From the NCBI GenBank assembly GCA_964423475.1, contig CAYRFD010000001.1, positions 1-60,038 of the forward strand: a stretch of 60,038 bases of DNA. The letters run 5' to 3'. This document shows, piece by piece, positions 38,686 through 46,962 of the stretch. Numbering within the stretch: the stretch's first letter is position 1; each line of letters starts with the position of its first letter. Both the position numbers and the translations under genes were made by a program. This stretch comes from an uncultured Candidatus Saccharibacteria bacterium (lineage in GTDB: Bacteria > Patescibacteriota > Saccharimonadia > Saccharimonadales > CAIOMD01). Under the pieces are notes generated by a model. It searched no databases. It saw only the letters and a list, made by a program, of their open reading frames with translations, and had not been told where the DNA came from.

Positions 38686-39165
38686 ATGCCACGAAAAAAG
38701 ACCAAGAGTTTGGTGCGAGATATAGCGCCAGACCGTAAATATAAATCTGTTAGAGTACAAAGGCTTATAAACAGAGTAATGCTTAATGGCAAAAAGCAAG
38801 TTGCCGAAACTTTAGTGTATGATGCAATGGATCTTTCTTCCAAAAAGCTTAAAAGCGATAACCCTTTAGAGGTTTTAAACCAAGCTTTAGATAACGTTAA
38901 GCCAAGTGTAGAAACTCGCTCTCGCCGCGTTGGTGGTGCAAACTACCAAATACCCTTTGAGGTTCATGGCCAGCGCCAAAGCCACTTAACATTAATGTGG
39001 TTTGTTGCCGCTGCGCGTAGCCGCAAAGGCATGCCAATGGCAGATAGACTTTCTGCAGAAATTGTAGATGCCTATAACGGCACTGGTTCGGCCGTTAAAA
39101 AGAAAGAAGACACTCATAAAATGGCAGAATCTAACCGTGCCTTCGCACACTTTGCCAGAGGATAA
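38686..39165 (+). CDS. rpsG: 30S ribosomal protein S7
   Basis: 159 aa reading MPRK...GKKQVAETLVYDA...VETRSRRVGGANYQIP, with an AAGGAG SD. Confidence 0.97.
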   Translation: MPRKKTKSLVRDIAPDRKYKSVRVQRLINRVMLNGKKQVAETLVYDAMDLSSKKLKSDNPLEVLNQALDNVKPSVETRSRRVGGANYQIPFEVHGQRQSHLTLMWFVAAARSRKGMPMADRLSAEIVDAYNGTGSAVKKKEDTHKMAESNRAFAHFARG

Positions 39166-39167
39166 CT

Positions 39168-39329
39168 ATGGCAGCTAATAATAATATCCTAAATCCTACA
39201 GTTGGTCCAACTTTAGATTGTTTGACTGTTAAAAGTTTAATTGATGTTTGTATAACGCCAACAACAACAAAGGAAACAATTCTGGCTTTAGGCAGTTGTG
39301 CTAATTGTCCTTATAGCACAGAGGACTAA
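39168..39329 (+). CDS. Unannotated small ORF (53 aa, four Cys, Thr-rich) in the rpsG-fusA spacer
   Basis: The ATG at 39168 lies 2 nt after the rpsG stop, with an AGAGGA RBS 5 nt upstream. The product is MAANNNILNPTVGPTLDCLTVKSLIDVCITPTTTKETILALGSCANCPYSTED, ending in a double stop TAATAA. It is below the 60-aa cut-off of the ORF track. Coding status is unproven. Confidence 0.4.
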   Translation: MAANNNILNPTVGPTLDCLTVKSLIDVCITPTTTKETILALGSCANCPYSTED

Positions 39330-39398
39330 TAACCCATAAAATTGCAAAGTCATAAAGATTGTTAATAGTTACATAAATCAATAATTATAAGGAAAATA

Positions 39399-41483
39399 AT
39401 GGCAAAGAAAACACCTATGGATAAAATGCGCAATATTGGAATTATTGCTCATATAGATGCCGGTAAAACAACTACCACAGAAGGTATTTTGTATCGTACT
39501 GGCTTAAAACACAAAATTGGCGCCGTACACGAGGGCGAAACCACCACAGACTGGATGGCTCAAGAGCGCGAACGCGGTATAACAATTGTATCTGCCGCCG
39601 TAACTTGTTATTGGAAAGATCACCAAATTAATATTATAGATACCCCAGGGCATATAGACTTTACGGTAGAGGTAGAACGTAGTTTACGCGTGCTAGATGG
39701 TGCCGTAGTAGTATTTGATGGCAAGATGGGCGTAGAAAGCCAAAGTGAAACGGTTTGGCGCCAAGCTAATAAATATAACGTGCCACGTATTTGTTTTATA
39801 AACAAAATTAATCAAACCGGTGGCGATTTTTATAAAAGCTTAGAATCTATTCATAACAGGTTAAGCAAACGTGCTTTTCCTATTCATTTGCCAATTGGTT
39901 TTGAACAAGCCATTAATGGCGTGGTAGATTTAGTATCGCTAAAAGCCTATACCTATAAAGAATTTACAGATCACGAGCTTATAGAGGCCGATATTCCTGC
40001 AGATATGCAAGAAAAGGTAACTCACTATCGTAGCTTATTAATAGAAAACGCCGTAGCAGAAGACGAAACTTTATTAGAAAAGTATCTAGAAGTAGGAGAA
40101 GAAGGCTTAACTGCCGATGATGTAAAACGAGCTATTCGTATAGCTACGCTTTCTGGCGTATTTTACCCAGTTACAGGCGGCGATGGCCGTGGTGTGATTG
40201 TAGAAAAGGTGTTAGACCTTGTAACCGAGTTATTGCCAAGCCCAGCAGATAGGGGCTCTACCTGGGGAGTAAACCCTAAAAACGACGAAGAAGTAGAACG
40301 AAAACCACAAGAAAATGAGCCGTTCTCTGCCTTAGCCTTCAAAATTGCAACAGACCCATTTGTGGGTAAACTTGCTTACTTTAGAGTTTATTCTGGCAAA
40401 ATTGAGTCTGGCAGTTATATCTATAACAGCTCTAAGGGCGAAAAAGAACGTGTTGGCCGTATAGTACGTATGCAAGCAGACAAGCGCGAAGACGTAACAA
40501 CTGTGTATGCAGGTGATATTGCCGCTATTGTTGGTCTTAAGGGTACAACCACTGGTAATACCTTATGTGACCAAGCAAATCAAATTGTTCTAGAAAGCAT
40601 TACCTTCCCAGAACCACCCGTTAGCATTGCTATAGAGCCAGCTACCAAGGCCGATCAAGAAAAGATGAGCCTTGCACTGCAGCGCCTAGCAGAAGAAGAC
40701 CCAACTTTTAGGGTTAAAGTAGATCACGAAACCGGCCAAACCATAATTAGCGGTATGGGCGAGCTACATCTAGAAATAATTGTAGACCGCATGAAACGCG
40801 AATTTAATGTAGAAGCTAATATTGGCGCTCCACAAGTTGCCTACCGCGAAACCATCCGTAAAGATGGAACAGAGGTTCAGGGTAAGTTTATCCGCCAAAG
40901 TGGTGGCCGTGGCCAATATGGAGACGTTTGGTTGCGTTTAAGCCAAAACGAATCTGGCAAAGGCTTTGAGTTTATTAACAGTATTAAGGGTGGTGTTATA
41001 CCAACAGAATATATTCCTGCCGTTAAAGCAGGCATTGTAGAAGCTATGGCAAATGGTGTATTAGCAGGATATCCTGTAGTAGATATTAAAGCAGAGCTAT
41101 ACTATGGTAGTTATCACGATGTAGACTCAAGCGAAATGGCCTTTAAAATTGCCGGCTCTATGGCTTTTCAGGATGGTTTTAAGCAATCTAGCCCAGTATT
41201 ATTAGAGCCAATTATGAAAGTTGTTGTGGTTGTTCCAGAAGAATACATGGGTGATGTTATTGGCGACCTTAACAGCAAGCGTGGACGTATAGAATCTATG
41301 GTAGATCTTCCGGCTGGTATAAAAGAAATCACATCATTTGTTCCTTTGGGCGAAATGTTTGGTTACACAACCAACTTGCGTTCCATGACAAAAGGCCGTG
41401 CTAGCAGTAGCATGGAGCTAGATCATTACGCCGATGTACCAGGCCACGTTACAGAAGCTATTGTTGCAAAAGCTTCTAAATAG
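39399..41483 (+). CDS. fusA: Elongation factor G
   Basis: 694 aa with GTPase motifs [14 protein letters not shown] and NKID-like NKIN, plus domains II-V. An AAGGA SD is present. Confidence 0.98.
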   Translation: MAKKTPMDKMRNIGIIAHIDAGKTTTTEGILYRTGLKHKIGAVHEGETTTDWMAQERERGITIVSAAVTCYWKDHQINIIDTPGHIDFTVEVERSLRVLDGAVVVFDGKMGVESQSETVWRQANKYNVPRICFINKINQTGGDFYKSLESIHNRLSKRAFPIHLPIGFEQAINGVVDLVSLKAYTYKEFTDHELIEADIPADMQEKVTHYRSLLIENAVAEDETLLEKYLEVGEEGLTADDVKRAIRIATLSGVFYPVTGGDGRGVIVEKVLDLVTELLPSPADRGSTWGVNPKNDEEVERKPQENEPFSALAFKIATDPFVGKLAYFRVYSGKIESGSYIYNSSKGEKERVGRIVRMQADKREDVTTVYAGDIAAIVGLKGTTTGNTLCDQANQIVLESITFPEPPVSIAIEPATKADQEKMSLALQRLAEEDPTFRVKVDHETGQTIISGMGELHLEIIVDRMKREFNVEANIGAPQVAYRETIRKDGTEVQGKFIRQSGGRGQYGDVWLRLSQNESGKGFEFINSIKGGVIPTEYIPAVKAGIVEAMANGVLAGYPVVDIKAELYYGSYHDVDSSEMAFKIAGSMAFQDGFKQSSPVLLEPIMKVVVVVPEEYMGDVIGDLNSKRGRIESMVDLPAGIKEITSFVPLGEMFGYTTNLRSMTKGRASSSMELDHYADVPGHVTEAIVAKASK

Positions 41484-41631
41484 TACGTTCTATAGTATTT
41501 TTTGTTAAATAATACTTTACAACAGTAGTCATAATTGTGTACTATAGTATGGTATGTGCGTTAGGCTATGCCTCTATTTTAGGCACAAATAATAGTAAGT
41601 AATAAATAAGTAACTCTAAAAGGAGAATCGA

Positions 41632-42813
41632 ATGGCAGATTTTGATAGAAGTAAGCCCCACGTAAATGTTGGCACCATGGGTCACGTAGACCACGGTAAA
41701 ACATCTTTAACAGCAGCAATAACAATGACACTTGCAAAGCGATTGCCTAGCGATGTTAACAAGCCAGTTAACTATGACCAAATAGATAACGCCCCAGAAG
41801 AAAAGCAACGTGGTATTACCATTGCTACTTCTCACCAAGAGTATGAAAGCGAAAAGCGTCATTACGCTCACGTAGACATGCCAGGGCACGCAGACTATGT
41901 TAAGAACATGATTACTGGTGCAGCCCAAATTGATGGTGCTATTTTAGTTGTATCTGCAGCCGATGGCCCTATGCCACAAACCAGAGAGCACGTTTTACTT
42001 GCAAAACAAGTTGGTGTTCCAAGTATTTTAGTTTTCTTAAACAAAATGGACCTTGCAGATCCAGAGCTTGTAGAGCTTGTAGAAATGGATGTTCGTGAAT
42101 TGTTAGCAAAATATGGTTTTGACGAAAACGCACCTATTGTTAAAGGTAGTGCCACCAAAGCTATAGAAGGCAGCGAATCAGACATGGATGCAGTTATGGA
42201 ACTTGTTAAAGCTATGGATGATTTTATTCCAGAACCAAAACGAGATCTAGACAAGCCTTTCTTAATGCCAGTAGAAGACGTCTTTAGTATTAAAGGCCGT
42301 GGTACTGTTGCAACTGGCCGTGTAGAACAAGGTATTATCAAAATTAACGAAGAAGTTGAGATTGTTGGTATCCGTGATACACGTAAAGTAGTTGTAACTG
42401 GTGTAGAAATGTTTAAAAAGAACTTAGATCAAGGCCAAGCTGGCGATAACGTTGGTGTGCTACTACGCGGTATCGAGCGCGACGATATAGAACGTGGTCA
42501 GGTACTTTGCAAACCAGGCAGCATTACGCCTCATACAGAGTTTGACGCCGAAGTTTATATTTTAACAAAAGAAGAAGGTGGTAGACACACTCCATTCTTT
42601 AAAGGATATAAACCACAGTTTTACTTTAGAACAACAGATGTTACCGGCGAGGTAGAATTACCAGCCGATAAAGAAATGGTTATGCCAGGTGATACTGTTA
42701 CCTTTAAGGTAAAATTATTGGCTCCAATTGCCATGGAACAAGGTTTACGCTTTGCTATCCGCGAAGGTGGCCGCACCGTTGGTGCTGGAGTTGTTACCAA
42801 AATCAACAAATAA
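41632..42813 (+). CDS. tuf: Elongation factor Tu
   Basis: 393 aa with [16 protein letters not shown] and NKMD motifs, and an AAGGAG SD. Confidence 0.98.
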   Translation: MADFDRSKPHVNVGTMGHVDHGKTSLTAAITMTLAKRLPSDVNKPVNYDQIDNAPEEKQRGITIATSHQEYESEKRHYAHVDMPGHADYVKNMITGAAQIDGAILVVSAADGPMPQTREHVLLAKQVGVPSILVFLNKMDLADPELVELVEMDVRELLAKYGFDENAPIVKGSATKAIEGSESDMDAVMELVKAMDDFIPEPKRDLDKPFLMPVEDVFSIKGRGTVATGRVEQGIIKINEEVEIVGIRDTRKVVVTGVEMFKKNLDQGQAGDNVGVLLRGIERDDIERGQVLCKPGSITPHTEFDAEVYILTKEEGGRHTPFFKGYKPQFYFRTTDVTGEVELPADKEMVMPGDTVTFKVKLLAPIAMEQGLRFAIREGGRTVGAGVVTKINK

Positions 42814-42831
42814 TAGTAATTCTATTTAATA

Positions 42832-42862
42832 AAAAGAGCTCTATACAGAGCTCTTTTTTGAT
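42832..42862 (+). terminator. Rho-independent terminator downstream of tuf
   Basis: An 11-bp perfect stem AAAAGAGCTCT / AGAGCTCTTTT with loop ATAC is followed by a T-rich tract. Confidence 0.85.
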
Positions 42863-42916
42863 TTTTTATAACTATGTGTTATTATTATTAAGTAATAAAA
42901 TTGTAGTGACTAAAAG

Positions 42917-42950
42917 TCTTTATGGATGTTCTTTTATAACACCATAAAGA
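42917..42950 (+). promoter_or_regulatory. Hairpin in the rpsJ 5' leader (candidate regulatory structure)
   Basis: A 9-bp inverted repeat, TCTTTATGG (42917-42925) and CCATAAAGA (42942-42950), has a 16-nt loop and lies about 35 nt upstream of the rpsJ ATG. A candidate extended -10 TGtTATTAT lies at 42877-42885. Confidence 0.35.
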
Positions 42951-42986
42951 TGTTACACTACCGCTAAGCTTTAAGGAGCATTAACC

Positions 42987-43304
42987 ATGGCTGATACACA
43001 GCAGCAAAGAATTCGTATTAGGTTAAAAGCCTACGATCATAAACTAATAGATCAATCTGCAAAACAAATTGTAGAAACTGCACTACGTACTGGAGCAACA
43101 ATTGCCGGGCCTATTCCTTTGCCAACCAGAAAAACAGTTTACACTGTAATTAAAAGCCCTCATGTATACAAAAAGGGTCGTGAACAGTTTGAAATGCGCG
43201 TACATAAGCGCCTAATTGACATTACAAACCCAACTCCTAAAACAATAGATAGCCTTATGAACTTATCACTACCTGCCGGCTGCGATGCCGAAATAAAAAT
43301 GTAA
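42987..43304 (+). CDS. rpsJ: 30S ribosomal protein S10 (NusE)
   Basis: 105 aa reading [26 protein letters not shown]...GPIPLPT...[23 protein letters not shown], with an AAGGAG SD. Confidence 0.97.
   Translation: MADTQQQRIRIRLKAYDHKLIDQSAKQIVETALRTGATIAGPIPLPTRKTVYTVIKSPHVYKKGREQFEMRVHKRLIDITNPTPKTIDSLMNLSLPAGCDAEIKM
43227..43304 (+). repeat. Direct repeat copy 1 (functional 3' end of rpsJ)
   Basis: This 78 nt is repeated at 43987-44064 with 70/78 identity. Confidence 0.9.
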
Positions 43305-43328
43305 TATACTTTAGTTTATTACAATTTG

Positions 43329-43886
43329 TTATGCCGCCAAATCAAAGTCAGACTTTGTTTGGGGTAAATGTTCTTGCGTTCTACCAATCATATCTAATAA
43401 TACCGTAAAATCATGCATAGACTCGTTGCTATTGGTGTCAAAACCTAATGTTACAGCAATGAATTCCAAATTTACAATTAATCGTTTAATCTGTACTTTA
43501 TCATTATAATCTAATGAGTCTATAAGCTGCAGAGCATTGCTTATTAGAGCGCGAATTTCTTCTGCGCCTATTGTTTCTTTATTCGAAAGGTTGGTGGTCT
43601 CTACAGGGCTGTTAATTTGATAATCTAACTCACCCTCATGCCAATACCTCCAAAGCGTAAGATGAAACTCAGCTCTAGAATCTGGGTTGCCAACATCGTA
43701 ACCAAGCTTAGTTGCTATACTATACAAGCTCGATTTAAGCGATTGATACAAATTTTGATTGGGCACGTCATGATTAGGCCAGCTGTTTATTGTTTTTACA
43801 ATAACTACGGCCTCATCAAACAACGCACAAACTTGTAGCTCGTATAAGTTTACTTCATCGGATTGTGGAATACTCATTTCGCTCAT
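43329..43886 (-). CDS. Orphan acidic cytoplasmic protein (185 aa) with an internal two-fold repeat; function unknown
   Basis: A GGGGGA SD lies 7 nt upstream of the ATG, and the gene has its own promoter. There is no TM or signal peptide. Two related ~60-80 aa modules share L..IA..LG[YF]D-x4-[DE]S-x2-[ED]F (LYSIATKLGYDVGNPDSRAEF versus LEFIAVTLGFDTNSNESMHDF). I do not recognise a family. Confidence 0.7.
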   Translation of the reverse strand: MSEMSIPQSDEVNLYELQVCALFDEAVVIVKTINSWPNHDVPNQNLYQSLKSSLYSIATKLGYDVGNPDSRAEFHLTLWRYWHEGELDYQINSPVETTNLSNKETIGAEEIRALISNALQLIDSLDYNDKVQIKRLIVNLEFIAVTLGFDTNSNESMHDFTVLLDMIGRTQEHLPQTKSDFDLAA

Positions 43887-43912
43887 ACATTTATCCCCCT
43901 GTACTATACATA

Positions 43913-43941
43913 ACTATACAACAAAAACATATAATAAGCAA
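43913..43941 (-). promoter_or_regulatory. Near-consensus sigma70-type promoter of the 185-aa orphan gene
   Basis: On the minus strand, -35 TTGCTT (43941-43936) is followed by an exact 17-nt spacer and -10 TATAGT (43918-43913). The ATG lies about 27 nt downstream. Confidence 0.65.
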
Positions 43942-43986
43942 CTTATTTCTGTAACGTAATCTATTTAGTGCATTTACAATATCAAT

Positions 43987-44064
43987 AACCAAACTCCCAA
44001 AACTATAGATAGCCTTATGAACTTATCATTACCAGCTGGCTGCGATGCCGAAATCAAGATGTAA
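43987..44064 (+). pseudogene. Displaced duplicate of the rpsJ 3' end (last 25 codons plus stop)
   Basis: It would encode [25 protein letters not shown], compared with [25 protein letters not shown] in rpsJ. There is no upstream coding continuation: an in-frame TAG lies at 43966. Weak similarity may extend back to about 43972. Confidence 0.85.
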
Positions 44065-44082
44065 TTAGAGCTCATTTATATA

Positions 44083-44112
44083 AAAAACTACCATTTTTGT
44101 GGTAGTTTTTTA
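44083..44112 (+). terminator. Rho-independent terminator immediately after the displaced rpsJ 3' fragment
   Basis: An 11-bp stem AAAAACTACCA / TGGTAGTTTTT with loop TTTTTG is followed by a T-run. Confidence 0.85.
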
Positions 44113-44127
44113 TATATTGACATATTA

Positions 44128-44136
44128 TGGTATAAT
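44128..44136 (+). promoter_or_regulatory. Extended -10 promoter (TGgTATAAT) 7 nt upstream of ATG 44144
   Basis: TGGTATAAT lies at 44128-44136 and the ATG at 44144, with no SD. Confidence 0.5.
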
Positions 44137-44143
44137 CATAAGC

Positions 44144-44323
44144 ATGAAAGCTAAAAAATCAAAATCAAAAAAAGTTAATATATTTAAACCAACTTTAAAT
44201 AGGGTATACGGCCTTTGCATAGCAGTGTTACTAGTAACTGTAATTGTTCAGGGTTACTATCTTTCTGTTGTTTACGATAAGCAAAAAGAAGATTCTTCTT
44301 ACGCTAAATATATTTCTAATTAG
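44144..44323 (+). CDS. Small basic single-pass membrane protein (59 aa), hypothetical
   Basis: The product is MKAKKSKSKKVNIFKPTLNRVYGLCIAVLLVTVIVQGYYLSVVY... The ORF-track GTG start at 44099 lies inside the terminator hairpin, so it is rejected. Confidence 0.5.
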   Translation: MKAKKSKSKKVNIFKPTLNRVYGLCIAVLLVTVIVQGYYLSVVYDKQKEDSSYAKYISN

Positions 44324-44354
44324 CTAAGGTTAACCAGATTATGCGTTAATACTA

Positions 44355-44363
44355 TGGTAAAAT
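44355..44363 (+). promoter_or_regulatory. Extended -10 promoter (TGgTAAAAT) upstream of the DMT transporter gene
   Basis: TGGTAAAAT lies at 44355-44363, with a ~40 nt leader carrying a GGGAG SD. Confidence 0.4.
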
Positions 44364-44409
44364 AGTATTAATATTGGTGGTCTTTTGGGTTAGGGAGATG
44401 AAAAATTAA

Positions 44410-45360
44410 ATGAAATATGCAAAGTTTGGTTCTTTAGCGGTTGTAATTGCTGCTTTATTATGGAGTTTAGACGGCTTATTAAGAAGAAATTTATACGATT
44501 TACCACCATCGGTTGTAGTTTTTTATGAACATATCTTTGGTTTAATTATTTTATTGCCATTTATATTATTTACGTTAAAATCTTTTAAAAAACTAACAAA
44601 AAAACAATGGCTAGCCATTATTGGGGTATCGTTCTTGTCAGGGGCCTTAGGCACAATACTGTATACAGCTGCCTTAGGCCAAATTCAGTATATTCCGTTT
44701 TCTGTGGTAGTTCTACTTCAGCAATTAAATCCAATATTTGCAATAATTGCTGCAGCCATTTTATTGAAAGAACCATTAACAAAAAAGTTTTTTGGATTAA
44801 CCGCTATTGCTTTGGTTGCTGCGTATTTTGTAACTTTTCCAGACTATGTTGCAAACTTTAGTACAGGTTCTGGAACCGTACTAGCAGCACTATTTGCAGT
44901 TGGAGCTGCCGCAGCCTGGGGAACATCAACTGCATTTTCTAAATATGCGTTAAAAAACACTTCTTCTGTTCACATTACCGCGGCAAGGTTTGCTTTTACT
45001 CCTATTTTTGCATTTATGTTTATTTTAGCATCGGGTAGTATTGGCCAAGTTACACAGGTGTCTGCTGGGCAGTTTAAATATATTGTTGCAATTACATTTT
45101 CTACAGGGTTGTTAGCTTTGTTAATATATTATTTTGGCTTAAAACGAGTACCAGCCTCTAGGTCTGCCATTTTGGAACTAGCTTGGCCATTATCTGCAGT
45201 TATAGTTGGTTATTTATTTCTTAACCAAACCTTACAATTGTCACAAGCTATTGCTGCTATTGTTTTAACTACAAGTATTATATTTATAGCAAAAGACGCT
45301 CAAAAAGCAGCGGCTTCTGGGGTTAAAGAACCTTCTTTAGTTAATAAACAAAAAAAATAG
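44410..45360 (+). CDS. DMT-superfamily (EamA-like) transporter
   Basis: 316 aa with about 10 TM helices in two EamA-like halves. Confidence 0.85.
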   Translation: MKYAKFGSLAVVIAALLWSLDGLLRRNLYDLPPSVVVFYEHIFGLIILLPFILFTLKSFKKLTKKQWLAIIGVSFLSGALGTILYTAALGQIQYIPFSVVVLLQQLNPIFAIIAAAILLKEPLTKKFFGLTAIALVAAYFVTFPDYVANFSTGSGTVLAALFAVGAAAAWGTSTAFSKYALKNTSSVHITAARFAFTPIFAFMFILASGSIGQVTQVSAGQFKYIVAITFSTGLLALLIYYFGLKRVPASRSAILELAWPLSAVIVGYLFLNQTLQLSQAIAAIVLTTSIIFIAKDAQKAAASGVKEPSLVNKQKK

Positions 45361-45426
45361 CAAGATTTACATATTTATTGATTTTTGCAACTAAGAGTAC
45401 AATATAAGTATATTGGAGGATATACT

Positions 45427-46566
45427 ATGCTATTAAGTAAAATATCAAAGATACTTTTAGTTGTTTTTTTGGCTACTTTTGCGATAAGCGGGACTTCTAT
45501 AGCTCAAGAAATAACAAATTCACAAGTACAGCCCCTATATATTAATAAGACTCAGTATTATTCTGGTAATAATTATGAAATAAATGATGTAATTAATGGT
45601 GATGTATATTGTGTTGGTAATAATATTACTATAAATGGTAATGTTAATGGTGATGTTCTTTGCGCAGGCTCTACAATAATTATTAATGGCACAGTTAACG
45701 GCAATGTTAGATTATTTGCAAGTACCATACAAATACAAGGTTTGGTTACAAAAAATGGCACACTGGTTAGCCAAGACGCAACCATAGAAAAATCGGGTAA
45801 TATTGTAGGAGATGTAACAACAGCAACAAGCCTTACAAGGCTAAATGGTATAGTTGGCAGAGACGCAAATGTAAATACCAATAATTTTGAAGTCTCGGGT
45901 ATTATTGGTAGAGATTTAAATTTAAATACAGAAAGCGTTATTTATACTGATTCTGCTAAAGTTGCAGGTATAACTACGGTTAATTCTAACGTTTATGATA
46001 ATATTTCTATATTTCAAAACCTTACAAAGCTAAATTCTAATTTAGATATATTAGGGTTAATAAATATGTTATCGTCCGCCTTTATGTTTGTTGTTGGCCT
46101 TATATACGTCGCATTTATTATTGGTTTATTATTATCGGCCTTATCTATTGCTTTATTGTTTCCAAGGTCATTAAAAGATAGTTATGTATTTGCAAAAGAT
46201 CAACCTGCAACAGTATTGCTATCTGGCTTTTTGGTGTTGTGGGTAGCGCCATTAATTATATTCTTGTTAGTCTGGAGCATTATTGGTATACCAATAGCAA
46301 TAATTATTTGGGGGTTATATATAGCTTTGTTAACGTTAAGCATTCCGTTTAGTGCACATGCGCTTGGGTCTAAGTTATTCCCAAGCAGGAGCCATGCAAC
46401 CAAAGCTCTTGGTGGGGCGGCCTTACTATTGTTATTATTTGCAATACCCGTATTAAATATTATTGTATTTATTATTGTTATGGTATTTGGGGCAGGACTA
46501 ATTACCAGGGTTACCGTGCTGCGCTATACCCAGGCAAGACAAGTTTATATTAAAGATAAGCAATAA
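45427..46566 (+). CDS. Signal-peptide-bearing beta-helix (bactofilin/polymer-forming-like repeat) domain fused to a polytopic membrane domain
   Basis: A GGAGGA SD lies 7 nt upstream of ATG 45427, so the ORF-track TTG at 45385 is rejected. The signal peptide reads MLLSKISKILLVVFLATFAISGTSIAQE. Repeats such as NGDVYCVGNNITINGNVNGDVLCAGSTIIINGTVNGNVRL follow, then about 5 C-terminal TM helices. Confidence 0.7.
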   Translation: MLLSKISKILLVVFLATFAISGTSIAQEITNSQVQPLYINKTQYYSGNNYEINDVINGDVYCVGNNITINGNVNGDVLCAGSTIIINGTVNGNVRLFASTIQIQGLVTKNGTLVSQDATIEKSGNIVGDVTTATSLTRLNGIVGRDANVNTNNFEVSGIIGRDLNLNTESVIYTDSAKVAGITTVNSNVYDNISIFQNLTKLNSNLDILGLINMLSSAFMFVVGLIYVAFIIGLLLSALSIALLFPRSLKDSYVFAKDQPATVLLSGFLVLWVAPLIIFLLVWSIIGIPIAIIIWGLYIALLTLSIPFSAHALGSKLFPSRSHATKALGGAALLLLLFAIPVLNIIVFIIVMVFGAGLITRVTVLRYTQARQVYIKDKQ

Positions 46567-46575
46567 ATTTTTTAG

Positions 46576-46584
46576 TGCTATAAT
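46576..46584 (+). promoter_or_regulatory. Extended -10 promoter (TGcTATAAT) 8 nt upstream of ATG 46593
   Basis: TGCTATAAT lies at 46576-46584 and the ATG at 46593, with no SD. Confidence 0.5.
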
Positions 46585-46592
46585 TATAATTA

Positions 46593-46871
46593 ATGGCAAC
46601 AAAAAAACACGTAAAAAATAATTCTAAAAAATCAAATAGAGTAGAGCCAGACGGTGTATATCTTTTAAAGCTTGTTCTATATTTTATATTAGGTTGTTTA
46701 TGGATTAGGGTTGGTGACGTTGTTGTGTTGCCTTTTGGGCTATTAATTGGTATTTTATTTGCTTCTCATGATAATTTTCAGATAGATAGAAAAATAGAAT
46801 TTGCAGTGTTGTTTATTGCAGCTGTGCTGAGCTTTATTTCTCCTATTGGTTTTGTTATGACAATTGGTTAA
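46593..46871 (+). CDS. Small membrane protein (92 aa, about 3 TM), hypothetical
   Basis: It has a basic N-terminus followed by hydrophobic helices. I do not recognise a family. Confidence 0.6.
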   Translation: MATKKHVKNNSKKSNRVEPDGVYLLKLVLYFILGCLWIRVGDVVVLPFGLLIGILFASHDNFQIDRKIEFAVLFIAAVLSFISPIGFVMTIG

Positions 46872-46962
46872 TAGTGCTTGATTTTTTGTATAATTGCTTC
46901 ATAATAAAAGAAAACCTTGATTAATAAAAAACGAAATTTGATAATAAGTTAAAGGGGAGACA

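Noticed and set aside
38502-38843. A 113-aa minus-strand ORF spanning the rpsL-rpsG junction.
   Set aside because: It overlaps two conserved ribosomal protein genes in antisense, so it is a shadow ORF.
39168-39329. The small Cys/Thr-rich ORF as a lanthipeptide/RiPP precursor.
   Set aside because: No dehydratase, cyclase, radical-SAM, protease or transporter genes lie nearby, since it is embedded in the str operon. I keep it only as a candidate small protein.
41895-42341. A 148-aa minus-strand ORF inside tuf. Similar antisense ORFs occur in dnaE, pilB, pepN, clpC, rpoB, rpoC, fusA, pyrG and the r-protein genes.
   Set aside because: These are antisense frames of highly conserved genes. They have no independent signals, and their Ser/Thr/Ile-rich composition is typical of shadow ORFs.
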